Shown here: piece after piece, positions 30,237 through 39,933 of the stretch
How the letters are laid out: each line of letters opens with the position of its first letter
Numbering within the stretch: the stretch's first letter is position 1
Assembly (NCBI GenBank): GCA_050287845.1
Contig: JBNKCR010000098.1
Coordinates: 256,001-320,000, forward strand
Origin: Polyangia bacterium
GTDB lineage: Bacteria; Myxococcota_A; Polyangia; JAAYKL01
Reading direction: 5' to 3'
DNA: 64,000 bases
Notes under the pieces: generated by a model
What the model saw: the letters and a program-made list of their open reading frames with translations, nothing else
The model's database searches: none
Told to the model about the DNA's origin: nothing
Translations under genes and position numbers: made by a program

Positions 30237-31151
30237 ATGAGTATCAAGTCGTTCATGTCGTCCAAAGAAAACCTGGCGATTGTCGAAAAAAAATCGTGGA
30301 AGTTGGGGCGTCCCCTAATCATTGAAAAAGGGTTGGCTTACTACGATTCCCACCCCGAAGAAGTGGCACAGATTCGTGAAAACCTGCGCCGGATTGGCTT
30401 GCCGGATTCCGAACGGGCACTGAATGAAACCCTTGAGCACATCGTGGCCCATTACTACGAAAAACTGTTTGCGCTGGTGAAAAGATATGAGGCGGTGTGG
30501 ATTTGTCGAAATCGGGTAACCCTGGCCCCTGGTTGCCTTGAACCGTTTGAGGAGGCAAAACGCGACGGCAAAGCTGTTTTCGTCGGGCAATCCCATTTCG
30601 GTGCCACCTATCTGCTGGGCAGCGTCCTGATGGTGAATGGGTACAACCTGAATATGGTTGGCAAATTTCCGGATCCCGTAGGGGCGATGCTCGAAAAGAG
30701 CAGTCGGGAAATTACGGAGCGCTACGGAATTGGTGCGGCAAATATCATCAATCTGGCAAAACCGGACTGCGATGCACCCATGGATATGCTCCGGGCCCTG
30801 ATTCAGAAACAAATCATTTCAAATGTATTCGATGAAAACAACGAGTTCTGCAGGCCGGTGACCTTCTGTGGACAACAGATTTTCGGCGGCAGTGGTATGG
30901 ATATGATTCTGAAGAATTTCAACGACGATCGCGTGATACTCGTAACGCCGTTTCTGCGCCGGGACAGTGATGAAACGTTTGTGTACGAGGTGGAGCGTCA
31001 CTGTTTCAGCAGCGGCGACATTATTGCCAGTTTTTATAACGCACTGGAACGCAAAGTCCGCCAATACCCTGCGCAGTGGTATTTTATTCGCGAGTTCCAC
31101 GAGAGCTTCATTGATAAACGTTCCCCTCAAAAAGCGGACAGCGTCAGGTAA
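30237..31151 (+). CDS. Acyltransferase of the LpxL / lysophospholipid acyltransferase superfamily
   Basis: GKAVFVGQSHFGA, PVTFCG, LERKVRQYPAQW resemble LpxL-family motifs. Confidence 0.7.
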   Translation: MSIKSFMSSKENLAIVEKKSWKLGRPLIIEKGLAYYDSHPEEVAQIRENLRRIGLPDSERALNETLEHIVAHYYEKLFALVKRYEAVWICRNRVTLAPGCLEPFEEAKRDGKAVFVGQSHFGATYLLGSVLMVNGYNLNMVGKFPDPVGAMLEKSSREITERYGIGAANIINLAKPDCDAPMDMLRALIQKQIISNVFDENNEFCRPVTFCGQQIFGGSGMDMILKNFNDDRVILVTPFLRRDSDETFVYEVERHCFSSGDIIASFYNALERKVRQYPAQWYFIREFHESFIDKRSPQKADSVR

Positions 31152-31158
31152 CACGGCA

Positions 31159-32415
31159 TTACGGGCAATCCCGCTTCATCTTTACATAGCCTAGCATTGC
31201 CGAAAGCGCGTGCTGCATGTAATCAATGCGGACTTCGCGCACTCGCCTGTTGAAACGCCGGGCATCTTCGGTGTCTCCAGATGCCCGTTTTACAGCGCGC
31301 GGTATTGTTCCGGCATGGGGACCTTCTGTAATCTGCGCGTTCAGAAGAAAGCGCATCCCCCGTTCTATAGAAGAATAAATATCTGCTTTCAGCGCAGCAT
31401 ATGAATCGGGCAACATGCTATATGCGGCCAGCAGTCCCTCCAGGCGCGTCGCCGCCGGAGTGGTTCGTCCCCATTCGTCAAAGGCGCCATTGATGCTGCT
31501 GTCGGGGGAAATCACCTGGGTCTGGAGTATCGCCTGGCTTACCAGAACCGAGTGCCCAATGAGTCGCTGCGCTTCTTCCCTGGACAGCAAGTGGCTGCCT
31601 GATGTCGAAAATAATTTCGCCGTTGCAATCAGTGCCCAGTGATCGTGGGGGATATCCCGGTTGTCTGTTCGGCTATCGGCAAGGTGGAGCAACGCGCGTT
31701 TTGCGGCATCAGCCCACCTGATATTGTGGGTGGCGTCGTGGAGGTAAAGCAGCCCCAACGCTGCCTCCCCCGGGTAGTACAGAGATATCCAGCTATCATC
31801 CCGAGATGCGGTATCTGACCAGCATCTGGAGTAGAAGCTGCCGTCACTTTTTTGCATATACTCAATGAATGCCCCGAGATTTGTGAGTTCATCCGTGCTG
31901 AACACAGCTTCACCGGGAGCTGGTTCGCAAGCTACTGCAGCGATAATTCCGAGTCCGGTGCCGCCCAGTTTGGCCACTTCTCTGCCGTCGTGCCGATAAA
32001 CTGCCGGTGTCCAGATGGCCAGTGCCGAACCGGATGGGAGTGCATGAGTATATTGTTTTAAGAAGGAAGCAGCGTGGCAGACAGCAACTGGGATGCGCCT
32101 GTCCGGAAACATCGTGTGATACTGGTGCAGGGCGTAGACAGCGCCCGCATGTCGAAGCAGGTTGTATCTGCCTGAATCTGCTTTGGTCCCGTCCAGATAA
32201 AAGCGGTAGCGGAATTGACCCTCCGAAGAGAGCTCGGACAGGAGTTTGTTTCCTGTGAGGTGGGCGGCGTTAACGACGTCATTGTAGAGTGCGCAGTTTC
32301 CATCCCTTTGCTGAGGTGTCGCTTTAAACGAGGCCGATTTGGACGTCCCGTGGTGGACCCGGCTGGTGCAGCTCACCAGTGTTGCAACGATAAAAAAAGT
32401 CCTCAGTAAATACAT
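31159..32415 (-). CDS. Putative lipoprotein with (alpha/alpha) toroid fold, function unknown
   Basis: Lipobox LVSC; YNLLRHAG, KLGG, YYPGEA, DHW, RIDYMQH. Start may be 32451. Confidence 0.65.
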   Translation of the reverse strand: MYLLRTFFIVATLVSCTSRVHHGTSKSASFKATPQQRDGNCALYNDVVNAAHLTGNKLLSELSSEGQFRYRFYLDGTKADSGRYNLLRHAGAVYALHQYHTMFPDRRIPVAVCHAASFLKQYTHALPSGSALAIWTPAVYRHDGREVAKLGGTGLGIIAAVACEPAPGEAVFSTDELTNLGAFIEYMQKSDGSFYSRCWSDTASRDDSWISLYYPGEAALGLLYLHDATHNIRWADAAKRALLHLADSRTDNRDIPHDHWALIATAKLFSTSGSHLLSREEAQRLIGHSVLVSQAILQTQVISPDSSINGAFDEWGRTTPAATRLEGLLAAYSMLPDSYAALKADIYSSIERGMRFLLNAQITEGPHAGTIPRAVKRASGDTEDARRFNRRVREVRIDYMQHALSAMLGYVKMKRDCP

Positions 32416-32463
32416 GTCCACCGGTTTCGCATCGATTGCGTCATTCAGCAAGAAAGAATCGAA

Positions 32464-33774
32464 CTACATGGGCAGGCTCACGATGGTCCGGTTTCGACCG
32501 CCCTGTTTCGCGGAGTACAGCGCTTTATCCGCATCAGAAACCAGGCTGAGCTCTCTTGATAATTCTGGAAATACACTTGTGCCAATACTGATGGTCTGTC
32601 GGATTTTTTTGGATGAAAAGGTGCGGTCTTCACATGCCTTTCGAATCCGCTCGGCAACGGTAACCACGTTTGACGCCGAGGAACCCGGTAGCAGCACACA
32701 GAATTCTTCGCCACCAAACCTGCATGGAACATCGTAGCTGCGGATTTTGTTTTTCAGCAGCGCGCCGAATTCCCGGAGTACTTCGTCTCCCACTTCGTGG
32801 CCGTACGTATCGTTCACTCGCTTGAAGAAATCCAAATCTATCAGCAACAGACCGAGCGGTGAGGCGCTTCTCCTTGTGCGCTCCATCTCCCGCTGCATCG
32901 CCATATCCATATAGGTTCGGTTGAACAGTGCGGTCAACGGATCGGTGAACGCAAGGGTTTCCATCTGCTTCTGCTGCGCGTGCAGTTCCTTTTGCAGCTT
33001 TCTGATTTTAAGCACATTGGAGACCCGGGCAAAAAATTCTTCCTTGATAATGGGCTTCGAGATGTGATCATTGGCCCCCATTCGCAGACATTCCACCACT
33101 GTATCCATTTCGCTGTTTCCCGAAACAATCACAATCGGCAGTTCATCCAGATTTCGCGATGCACGGATACTCTTGCAGATGTCCAGACCATTTCCGTCCG
33201 GCAAATACAGGTCCAGCGAGATGATTTCGGGTTGAATCACCTCAATGTGGGCATAGAATTCCGCTGCGGTATTGCAGATGAACGAGGTCACGCCGAGCAC
33301 ATCCAGCAGTTTCTGCACAATGAGTGCTGTGGTATTCACATCTTCCACGATTATCGCCGGCGCCCGATGGGTCACGCGCTGGCCCGAAGGCCATCCCATC
33401 AATTCATTGATCGAACGCATGAATGTGGCCAAATCGATTGGTTTGGGAATGCTTTTTACTTCAGCGGCATCAAAGGTTCTCTTTACCTCGGCACTTAGAA
33501 CGTCTGTGCTGGTAATGATATAACGGGTATCGTGATTGGCAGGCACCGTGTCCAGCTGAGCAATGAAATCCTGTACTGAAATCTCGGTTTCCTGACGTGC
33601 CATATCCAGAAGAATCAAATCATATACACCATCGGGCAGCCAGTCGTTCGGATTCTCAGCCAGATGTGACTGGACAGTCGCTTCAAATCCAAGTGCTTCA
33701 ACTGCTTGCGCCAGAAAGCGTGCTGCGATGGGATTGGCATCAATTACAAGTGCTTTTTTGGGTACAGTATTCAT
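32464..33774 (-). CDS. PleD-like diguanylate cyclase (REC-REC-GGDEF)
   Basis: Two receiver domains; DPLT.LFNR, DLDFFKRVNDTYGH, RSYD I-site, GGEEF. Confidence 0.93.
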   Translation of the reverse strand: MNTVPKKALVIDANPIAARFLAQAVEALGFEATVQSHLAENPNDWLPDGVYDLILLDMARQETEISVQDFIAQLDTVPANHDTRYIITSTDVLSAEVKRTFDAAEVKSIPKPIDLATFMRSINELMGWPSGQRVTHRAPAIIVEDVNTTALIVQKLLDVLGVTSFICNTAAEFYAHIEVIQPEIISLDLYLPDGNGLDICKSIRASRNLDELPIVIVSGNSEMDTVVECLRMGANDHISKPIIKEEFFARVSNVLKIRKLQKELHAQQKQMETLAFTDPLTALFNRTYMDMAMQREMERTRRSASPLGLLLIDLDFFKRVNDTYGHEVGDEVLREFGALLKNKIRSYDVPCRFGGEEFCVLLPGSSASNVVTVAERIRKACEDRTFSSKKIRQTISIGTSVFPELSRELSLVSDADKALYSAKQGGRNRTIVSLPM

Positions 33775-34009
33775 TGTCAGCCATCAGCTCCGAATTGTTC
33801 GAAATTCTGAAAACTTTCATGGTGTAACGGCCGCAGGGACAATTAAATTAGACTGAATCGTTGCTCAGATGATGACCGGGGAACATCATTGAGTTCCCTG
33901 TATTCGGCATGACGTCACGTTTGGCTCCAGTCAACTGAGAATTGCATGCAACCTTTCAGATTTATTTGACAATCACTTCCCGGAGACGAACAACAGGGGG
34001 GGCAGGGGG

Positions 34010-34795
34010 TCAGGGTTGCTGTTCGGGTTCTGTGTCCAGTGATACGGGAGATTCGAATTCCTGAGGGGATTCCTCTGGCACGGCGGACGCCTGGGCCTCG
34101 GTTTCTCTGGCCACCATCAATTCCGCAGCCTGTTTTCGGGCTTCCTCTTCCTGTTCCTTGCGCAGCAATTCTTTATGCTCCCGATAACAATCCTTGCACA
34201 TGGGATCGTCTTTTTCTTCCGGTAAAAACGGTACCATGGCATTTTCGCCACACGCCACACACACAATGGAAAACATGGGGCGCTGGTCCATTTTTACACG
34301 CTCGCCGGTTGAAAACGCCGGTGACCGATATTCGTCCTCTGGTTTTATATGGTCATATTCTCTGAATGCCGGTGATCGATATTCTTCCTGGGGATTGATA
34401 TGTTCATATTCGCGAAACGCCGGTGACCGATAGTCGTCCGCGTTGTCCATCATTTCGTATTCCCGGAACGCTGGAGAACGGTATTCCCCTGAAAAATCGG
34501 ATCTTTCATTTTTAAATGATGGCGACCGATAGTCCTGTCTCGGCGGTTTATGGGGCCCTCTGGCTTTTGGTCCCCCTGATCTGCGGAACTGTGGGTCGTT
34601 GAATGCGGGAGACCGATATTCTCCGGCATAGGGGCTTTGTACCCGTTTTCGCTTCCTGGCTTTTTGCCGGCAGGCTTTGCAGCGTTTGGGTTCTGAGGTC
34701 AACTTCTTTTGCGCATAGAATTCCTGTTCGTTGGCAGAAAAGATGAATGATTCATTGCATTCCGCGCACCGCAGTGTTTTGTCTTCAAAAGCCAT
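34010..34795 (-). CDS. Zinc-ribbon / CxxC-x17-CxxC protein with internal YRSP repeats
   Basis: MAFEDKTLRCAEC...PKRCKAC N-terminus; MFSIVCVACG..VPFLP....MCKDCY C-terminal domain. Confidence 0.85.
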   Translation of the reverse strand: MAFEDKTLRCAECNESFIFSANEQEFYAQKKLTSEPKRCKACRQKARKRKRVQSPYAGEYRSPAFNDPQFRRSGGPKARGPHKPPRQDYRSPSFKNERSDFSGEYRSPAFREYEMMDNADDYRSPAFREYEHINPQEEYRSPAFREYDHIKPEDEYRSPAFSTGERVKMDQRPMFSIVCVACGENAMVPFLPEEKDDPMCKDCYREHKELLRKEQEEEARKQAAELMVARETEAQASAVPEESPQEFESPVSLDTEPEQQP

Positions 34796-35050
34796 GCTTT
34801 TCTCTTTCTTTGCTCTGGACCGCTTCGTAATGGTCAATGACCGTACCGGAGTTTTTGTCCTGCGAATCACTGGGCCGGTCAATTTTTAAATACGAACAAC
34901 CCAGATCTGATTCGGTTCAATATGTCTCTTTGTCCCACTCCGCCGAAAAAAATACGGGGAAAATGTTGGAGCAGGGGCCTAAACAGTTGGCAAATTATAT
35001 ATCTGCCGTTTTCTTGTCAAGCGAATGGATAAACAGTTACAATTCAAACC

Positions 35051-35455
35051 ATGTTGAAGTTGGTAAAATTTCTGGTTGGATTTGTTTTTTTCGTATCATT
35101 CGGATACGTCCTGTTTTTTGTTCCGCTTGGGGAACGGACCCTCTACCAGCATCTGAGAAACATTTCTGGCACCAATGAAGCGCAGGCTCTCAAGGACGGC
35201 ATCAGAGAGAAGGCCCAACTGGTGACCTCGGATGTGGTGGAAAACGTACCCGAACTAAAAGACGTGGATGAAAAAGTAAGCGCCGTCCGCAAGGTGATTT
35301 CCGCCGAAACTGATCGGGTGTCCCCCGGGAAGCCGAATGGGTCAAATAAGGCCGAACAGGAATCCACTGTTCAGCGTGATGCCGTTCGCACTGTCCAGGT
35401 AACTCAGGAAGACCGCACAGCGCTGGACAATCTGGTGAAACGTAAGTTGAAGTAG
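35051..35455 (+). CDS. Small membrane-anchored hypothetical protein
   Basis: N-terminal TM helix followed by VPLGERTLYQH. Confidence 0.7.
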   Translation: MLKLVKFLVGFVFFVSFGYVLFFVPLGERTLYQHLRNISGTNEAQALKDGIREKAQLVTSDVVENVPELKDVDEKVSAVRKVISAETDRVSPGKPNGSNKAEQESTVQRDAVRTVQVTQEDRTALDNLVKRKLK

Positions 35456-35486
35456 TCTGCTATCCGGTTCGAGTCACCGGAGCAAG

Positions 35487-36644
35487 TCATTTTCTCCGGC
35501 TTTCAATTTTTTCCACTTCATCCATGAACTCGTCAAAGATGAAGAGGCCTTTGCGAAAAAGTATCTGGAGCGCTCCAGCGGCATAGGCCTGCCATTTCTC
35601 GCTGGGTAAATCCACCTGAGGCGGTTGTCCACTGGTTACATCCTTGAGCGCGAGCAGAAATGCGTCCTCTTCGAGGATGTCTGATGGCGGCGCGGATTCT
35701 CGCGGCCCGGTGAATGACAATGTGGTTCCATCCAGCAGTGTCAGGGCAAATCCTTCACCCACACGTTTTCTGCCGACGCCATAAATCCGACGTTCCGCTT
35801 CCCGTCGGGCAGCGTCTCTGGTCTGGTATACTTCTTCGCCGTCCCGGGAAATCGTCGGTGCCGATGAGAGTCGTTTGGGAATTTTCACTTCGGGTACAGC
35901 AGAGACCCGAGGTACCTGTCTGATACCGGATGAAGGGTCTGCATCGTCATCGGTCGCGAGTTCATCATCGGGTATGGTCTCCGGCTGATCTGTATTGTCA
36001 GTGGGGGGACGAATCGAGATTCTGGATGCGGCCCCCGTTGACGAAGCGAAAGACGACGCCTTGATGTACAGATCGATAGGTACGCCCTCCTGAGCGTCCA
36101 GTTCGATTTCATCGCTCAAATCTTCAACGGATTCGTCTTCAAACGAGACACTGCTTTCCACCAGAGGATTCATTGGCGGAACGGATTTCAGTTCCTCACC
36201 ATAGTAATAAAAACGGATTGCCGATGCGATATCTGCGGGGCCGGCAATCATGGGTTTGACGTCCATGCCTGCGGTGGCGGACACAAATCGCATCGCGTCG
36301 GTATCAGATGGGTCGTTCATCGCAACGTACAGTGCTTTTTCGCCATCTTTCTCGAGGCGGATATAAATGGGAATCAGAAAAAATTCTTCCGCAACATTCG
36401 ATGGGACCATGTTCAACGCCTCTTCGGGCACATCAATTCGCCAGACACTCACCCACGGAATCGACAAATGCCGGCTCAACGCCTGTAGCAGGTGTGATTC
36501 GGAAACAAAGCCTTCCTGGAGCAGAATGGTCCCCAGACGAAGCTGCTGTGCTTTCTGGATTTCCAGCGCACGTTCCAGGTTTTCTCTGGAGAGAATGCCG
36601 GATTCCATCAGTATTTCACCCAGTCGAAGACGCGGCTGATTCAT
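35487..36644 (-). CDS. MshEN / GspE N-terminal-domain protein without ATPase domain
   Basis: RLGEILMESG...ALEIQ...RLGTILLQEG tandem motif; LYVAMNDP; no Walker A motif. Confidence 0.82.
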   Translation of the reverse strand: MNQPRLRLGEILMESGILSRENLERALEIQKAQQLRLGTILLQEGFVSESHLLQALSRHLSIPWVSVWRIDVPEEALNMVPSNVAEEFFLIPIYIRLEKDGEKALYVAMNDPSDTDAMRFVSATAGMDVKPMIAGPADIASAIRFYYYGEELKSVPPMNPLVESSVSFEDESVEDLSDEIELDAQEGVPIDLYIKASSFASSTGAASRISIRPPTDNTDQPETIPDDELATDDDADPSSGIRQVPRVSAVPEVKIPKRLSSAPTISRDGEEVYQTRDAARREAERRIYGVGRKRVGEGFALTLLDGTTLSFTGPRESAPPSDILEEDAFLLALKDVTSGQPPQVDLPSEKWQAYAAGALQILFRKGLFIFDEFMDEVEKIESRRK

Positions 36645-36910
36645 ATTTTTGTCCACTTTCCCAATCCTCCGGATCGTTAGACCCCTTCTTGCTGAAGTTG
36701 ATCTTCTCTGCACCTTTTATTCAACCGAATCCCTCTTGTTCTCACTATGTTTTACAGTCTGTTCAAACTGGACTCGGTCCAGGCAGGCTCTTGAACCGGG
36801 AGCGAACCTGCAACAATTCAGAAAGTATATAAAAAAAAGGCGAGCAGGGCAATTGCGTAGCAATGTTGCAGGATGTTACCGTGAGAGTGAAACTTGAAAA
36901 CAGATTCGGT

Positions 36911-38131
36911 CTACTGAATCTGTTTCAGTTTCTGGCGAATGGCCTTCACAGTGGTGTACCGGCTTTCCGCGTGGCTCACAATGAAATTTCTCATTTCAAT
37001 TTTCCGGTTCAAATTTTTCGCCTGATTCTGCTGCCTGTCCACCAGACTATTATAAGTGTCCACTGCCTGATTGTATTTTCGGACGCGCTGATTTGAATTG
37101 GTTTCAGTGGTTGCCGGGCTATTTTTCATTTCGCGCTGAAAGTCTTCCAGTTTTCGTGCCGCGCTGTGACATTGTTCGGTCAGATCCTCTATTTTTTTCT
37201 GATCCCGGGTGATTTCCGATTCGATGGATTTCAGTGTTTCTGAAATATAGGCAACATCTAACGACGCGCCATATTTTCGTTTCCCGGTGCCGATACGTTG
37301 AACCAGGGGTGTTGTATGAATCTGAACATTTGCGTTCTCCGAAAAAGGGAATCCAATCAGAGATGGAGAAGTGGTTTCGATATAGGAATACCCGGTGCGC
37401 CTATACTCAAGGCCATTGCTCTTGATACCAACCGCCATGTGTTTTTCGCTGCTAAAATGGAAAGTCGCCACATTGAATCCGCTGCGAGTGAGCAGTGCGA
37501 CCAGCAGTCGACTTTTATCATCGCAGTCCCCTGTCTTTTCGGCGAGCGTTTCCACTGGAAACCGGGCCTTATCGGATTTTGTATCGTCATATTCAATCTG
37601 CTGTACAAATGCAGTCAACAGTTCCGCTGTCCGATCGGGATCCAGTTTTTTTTCTTTTGCGATTTGAAGCAGTTTTTGGTGGAGCGCATCAAGGGTGGGC
37701 TTCTGCGCCGGATCTTCGATGAACGCAAGATTGTATTTTTCCCGCCAGTCACTGTCTTCGTTGCCTGCCACCGAGACTGCGTATTTGTTGGCCTGCTTCG
37801 CTCCTTCAAGAACATTTCTGGGAATTTTCAAATCCAGCCGCATCTGTTCTTCTTCGAACGAAAAGCGAAACCTTGCTTTAATCGTTCCGGACTTTCCGGT
37901 CTGAGGGATAATCCGGGGGTATTCGCTGGCGGAATTTTCCACTGTTCGCCGGTGCACTCCCGCCGATGATGCGGACGCGGTTTCTGCGGGTTCACTCCAT
38001 TCATTGTCCGATGCCGGTAGGGCTTCGTTATAGGGTGCACTGCCGCTGCATCCGGAATGAATAAGACTCCCCAGGATGCTGATGAGGAGACCGCTCAAGA
38101 AAAACAGTATTGAAAATCCATGGGTTGTCAT
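36911..38131 (-). CDS. Transglutaminase-like exported protein with C-terminal coiled coil
   Basis: FVQQIEY, FPVETL..GDCDDKS, HMAVGI, YIETT. Confidence 0.8.
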   Translation of the reverse strand: MTTHGFSILFFLSGLLISILGSLIHSGCSGSAPYNEALPASDNEWSEPAETASASSAGVHRRTVENSASEYPRIIPQTGKSGTIKARFRFSFEEEQMRLDLKIPRNVLEGAKQANKYAVSVAGNEDSDWREKYNLAFIEDPAQKPTLDALHQKLLQIAKEKKLDPDRTAELLTAFVQQIEYDDTKSDKARFPVETLAEKTGDCDDKSRLLVALLTRSGFNVATFHFSSEKHMAVGIKSNGLEYRRTGYSYIETTSPSLIGFPFSENANVQIHTTPLVQRIGTGKRKYGASLDVAYISETLKSIESEITRDQKKIEDLTEQCHSAARKLEDFQREMKNSPATTETNSNQRVRKYNQAVDTYNSLVDRQQNQAKNLNRKIEMRNFIVSHAESRYTTVKAIRQKLKQIQ

Positions 38132-38220
38132 CAGATGTCAATATAGCGTCGGGAGCCGGAAATGCAAAGTGTTGCACCGGATATTTTCCGGGATGAGAAA
38201 GGGGGGAGTCAACGCGGGTG

Positions 38221-39120
38221 CTACTCAACAATCGGGGTGAAGCATTCGATGGACGTGGTAATCTTGAAGTTGGAATTCATCGGCTGACGCTCTGCATGGA
38301 AGACGTCGAGGGTGTACTGTCTGCCCTCTGTCAGCCCCAGCTTGTCCATGGCAACCGTTCCTTCTTCCACACCGTGAATGCCTCCCAAATCCAGTTCAAG
38401 CTTACCATCCACAAACACCCACACATCATCATCTCCCCGGAACGAAAACTCCTGACCTTTTTCGTACTTGAACTTTGTGTGTATTTCCGTGGTGAACAGG
38501 TAGTTGTGCAACACATTCATATCATCAATCGGGTCTTTATCGAGGTCATCGCCATCCAGCGGATAGAACGAAGTGGTTTCGTAGATGTATCCTTCTTCCT
38601 CATCGGATTTGGTCAACTCCAGCACGTACTCAATACCTTCATAATCTTTGTCGTACCAGTCGGCGAAGCTGTCTTCACTGTCAATCATGTAGGGCGCATT
38701 ACAGTTCGCACCGGATTCTTTCAGGGAGCCTTTCCGGCTTTTAAATACAGGTTTGAAATTGTCACCGAGCGTATCATCGACAAGATCCTGGGTCACCGTT
38801 TCGCAGACAATTGATCCCATCTGATAAAAATCTTCATGATTCATATCAAAATCTCTCACAATCGCCGTGAGCTCCAGATTTCCACCTCCCTCATTGGCGC
38901 AGGGATCAGCACCGTTATCTGCGTCGCTGTCCGAATCGCTGTCCGCGTCCGAATCGCTGTCCGCGTCTGAATCGCTGTCTGAGTCTGAATCGCTGTCCGC
39001 GTCTGAATCGCTGTCTGAATCATTCGCTCCCGGGCGCTGGGGAACGCTGGTGGTATCGCTACCACAGGCACCTGCAACCCAAATAAGACAGAACATCAAG
39101 AAGTAAAGTAATAATTTCAT
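38221..39120 (-). CDS. Fibro-slime (PA14) domain lipoprotein with Asp-Ser/Ala repeat
   Basis: Lipobox AGAC; (DS/DA)n; HNYLFTTEIH, FRGDDDVWVF, LDLGGIH, FHAER. Confidence 0.9.
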   Translation of the reverse strand: MKLLLYFLMFCLIWVAGACGSDTTSVPQRPGANDSDSDSDADSDSDSDSDSDADSDSDADSDSDSDADNGADPCANEGGGNLELTAIVRDFDMNHEDFYQMGSIVCETVTQDLVDDTLGDNFKPVFKSRKGSLKESGANCNAPYMIDSEDSFADWYDKDYEGIEYVLELTKSDEEEGYIYETTSFYPLDGDDLDKDPIDDMNVLHNYLFTTEIHTKFKYEKGQEFSFRGDDDVWVFVDGKLELDLGGIHGVEEGTVAMDKLGLTEGRQYTLDVFHAERQPMNSNFKITTSIECFTPIVE

Positions 39121-39239
39121 GAGTATCTCCTTAAAATTGCTTTCGCAATCATATCTTATCCTCTGTTTATCATATCATACACAGTTTTTGTATTGATAAT
39201 AAACTACCTGCGTTTTCCGTTTGTTGACAGATTTATTTA

Positions 39240-39914
39240 TTACAGCACATTCTGAATGTCGGACCAGTGGATATTGGGTTTTTGCCGATTCATGGCAACC
39301 AGCTGAAAATAGTCATCCCTGGGCAGCAGTTCTCCGCCAAGCGATTCAACGACCGGAGTGATCATCTGTGTGTCTATCCATGGCACGCCTGCCCGGGACA
39401 ACGTCCGAAGCAGGGTGACCAGCGCCACTTTAGACGCGTCCGGCCGGAGATGAAACATTGATTCTCCGCTGAATACATTGTTCAGGTAGACGCCGTACAC
39501 CCCACCGACAAGGTGGTTGTCGGTGTATGCTTCCACACTGTGCGCAATGCCTTCCCTGTACAGTTCAATATAGGCCGATTCCATCCGAGGCGTTATCCAC
39601 GTACCGCTTTGCTCTTTTCGCACGCTGCTGCGGCAATATCCAATGACTTTCTCGAAAGCAGTGTCAAAACGAATTTCGTAAACGCGCTTGTTCAGGGTAC
39701 GACGCAGCGAGCGGGAAACATGCAGGCGTTCAAACCGCAGGATTCCCCGTGGATCGGGACAGAACCAGAGTATGGGCAAGTCGTCGCTTTCGGGCCAGGG
39801 GAAGACCCCATTCAGATAAGAGTCTATAAGAGTCGGCACATCGAGAGATCCGCCAATGGCGACCAGGTCATGTGGAAAGCCGTACTCTTCGGGGTTTTGG
39901 ATGAAACGGGGCAA
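39240..39914 (-). CDS. aat: Leucyl/phenylalanyl-tRNA--protein transferase
   Basis: AIGG.L..Y..GVFPW, WFCPDPR, TWIT, AHSVE, FSGESMF, DASK. Start uncertain; TTG 39914 lies after the ilvC stop. Confidence 0.92.
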   Translation of the reverse strand: MPRFIQNPEEYGFPHDLVAIGGSLDVPTLIDSYLNGVFPWPESDDLPILWFCPDPRGILRFERLHVSRSLRRTLNKRVYEIRFDTAFEKVIGYCRSSVRKEQSGTWITPRMESAYIELYREGIAHSVEAYTDNHLVGGVYGVYLNNVFSGESMFHLRPDASKVALVTLLRTLSRAGVPWIDTQMITPVVESLGGELLPRDDYFQLVAMNRQKPNIHWSDIQNVL

Positions 39915-39933
39915 GGCAACAGAGTCGTGGGTA

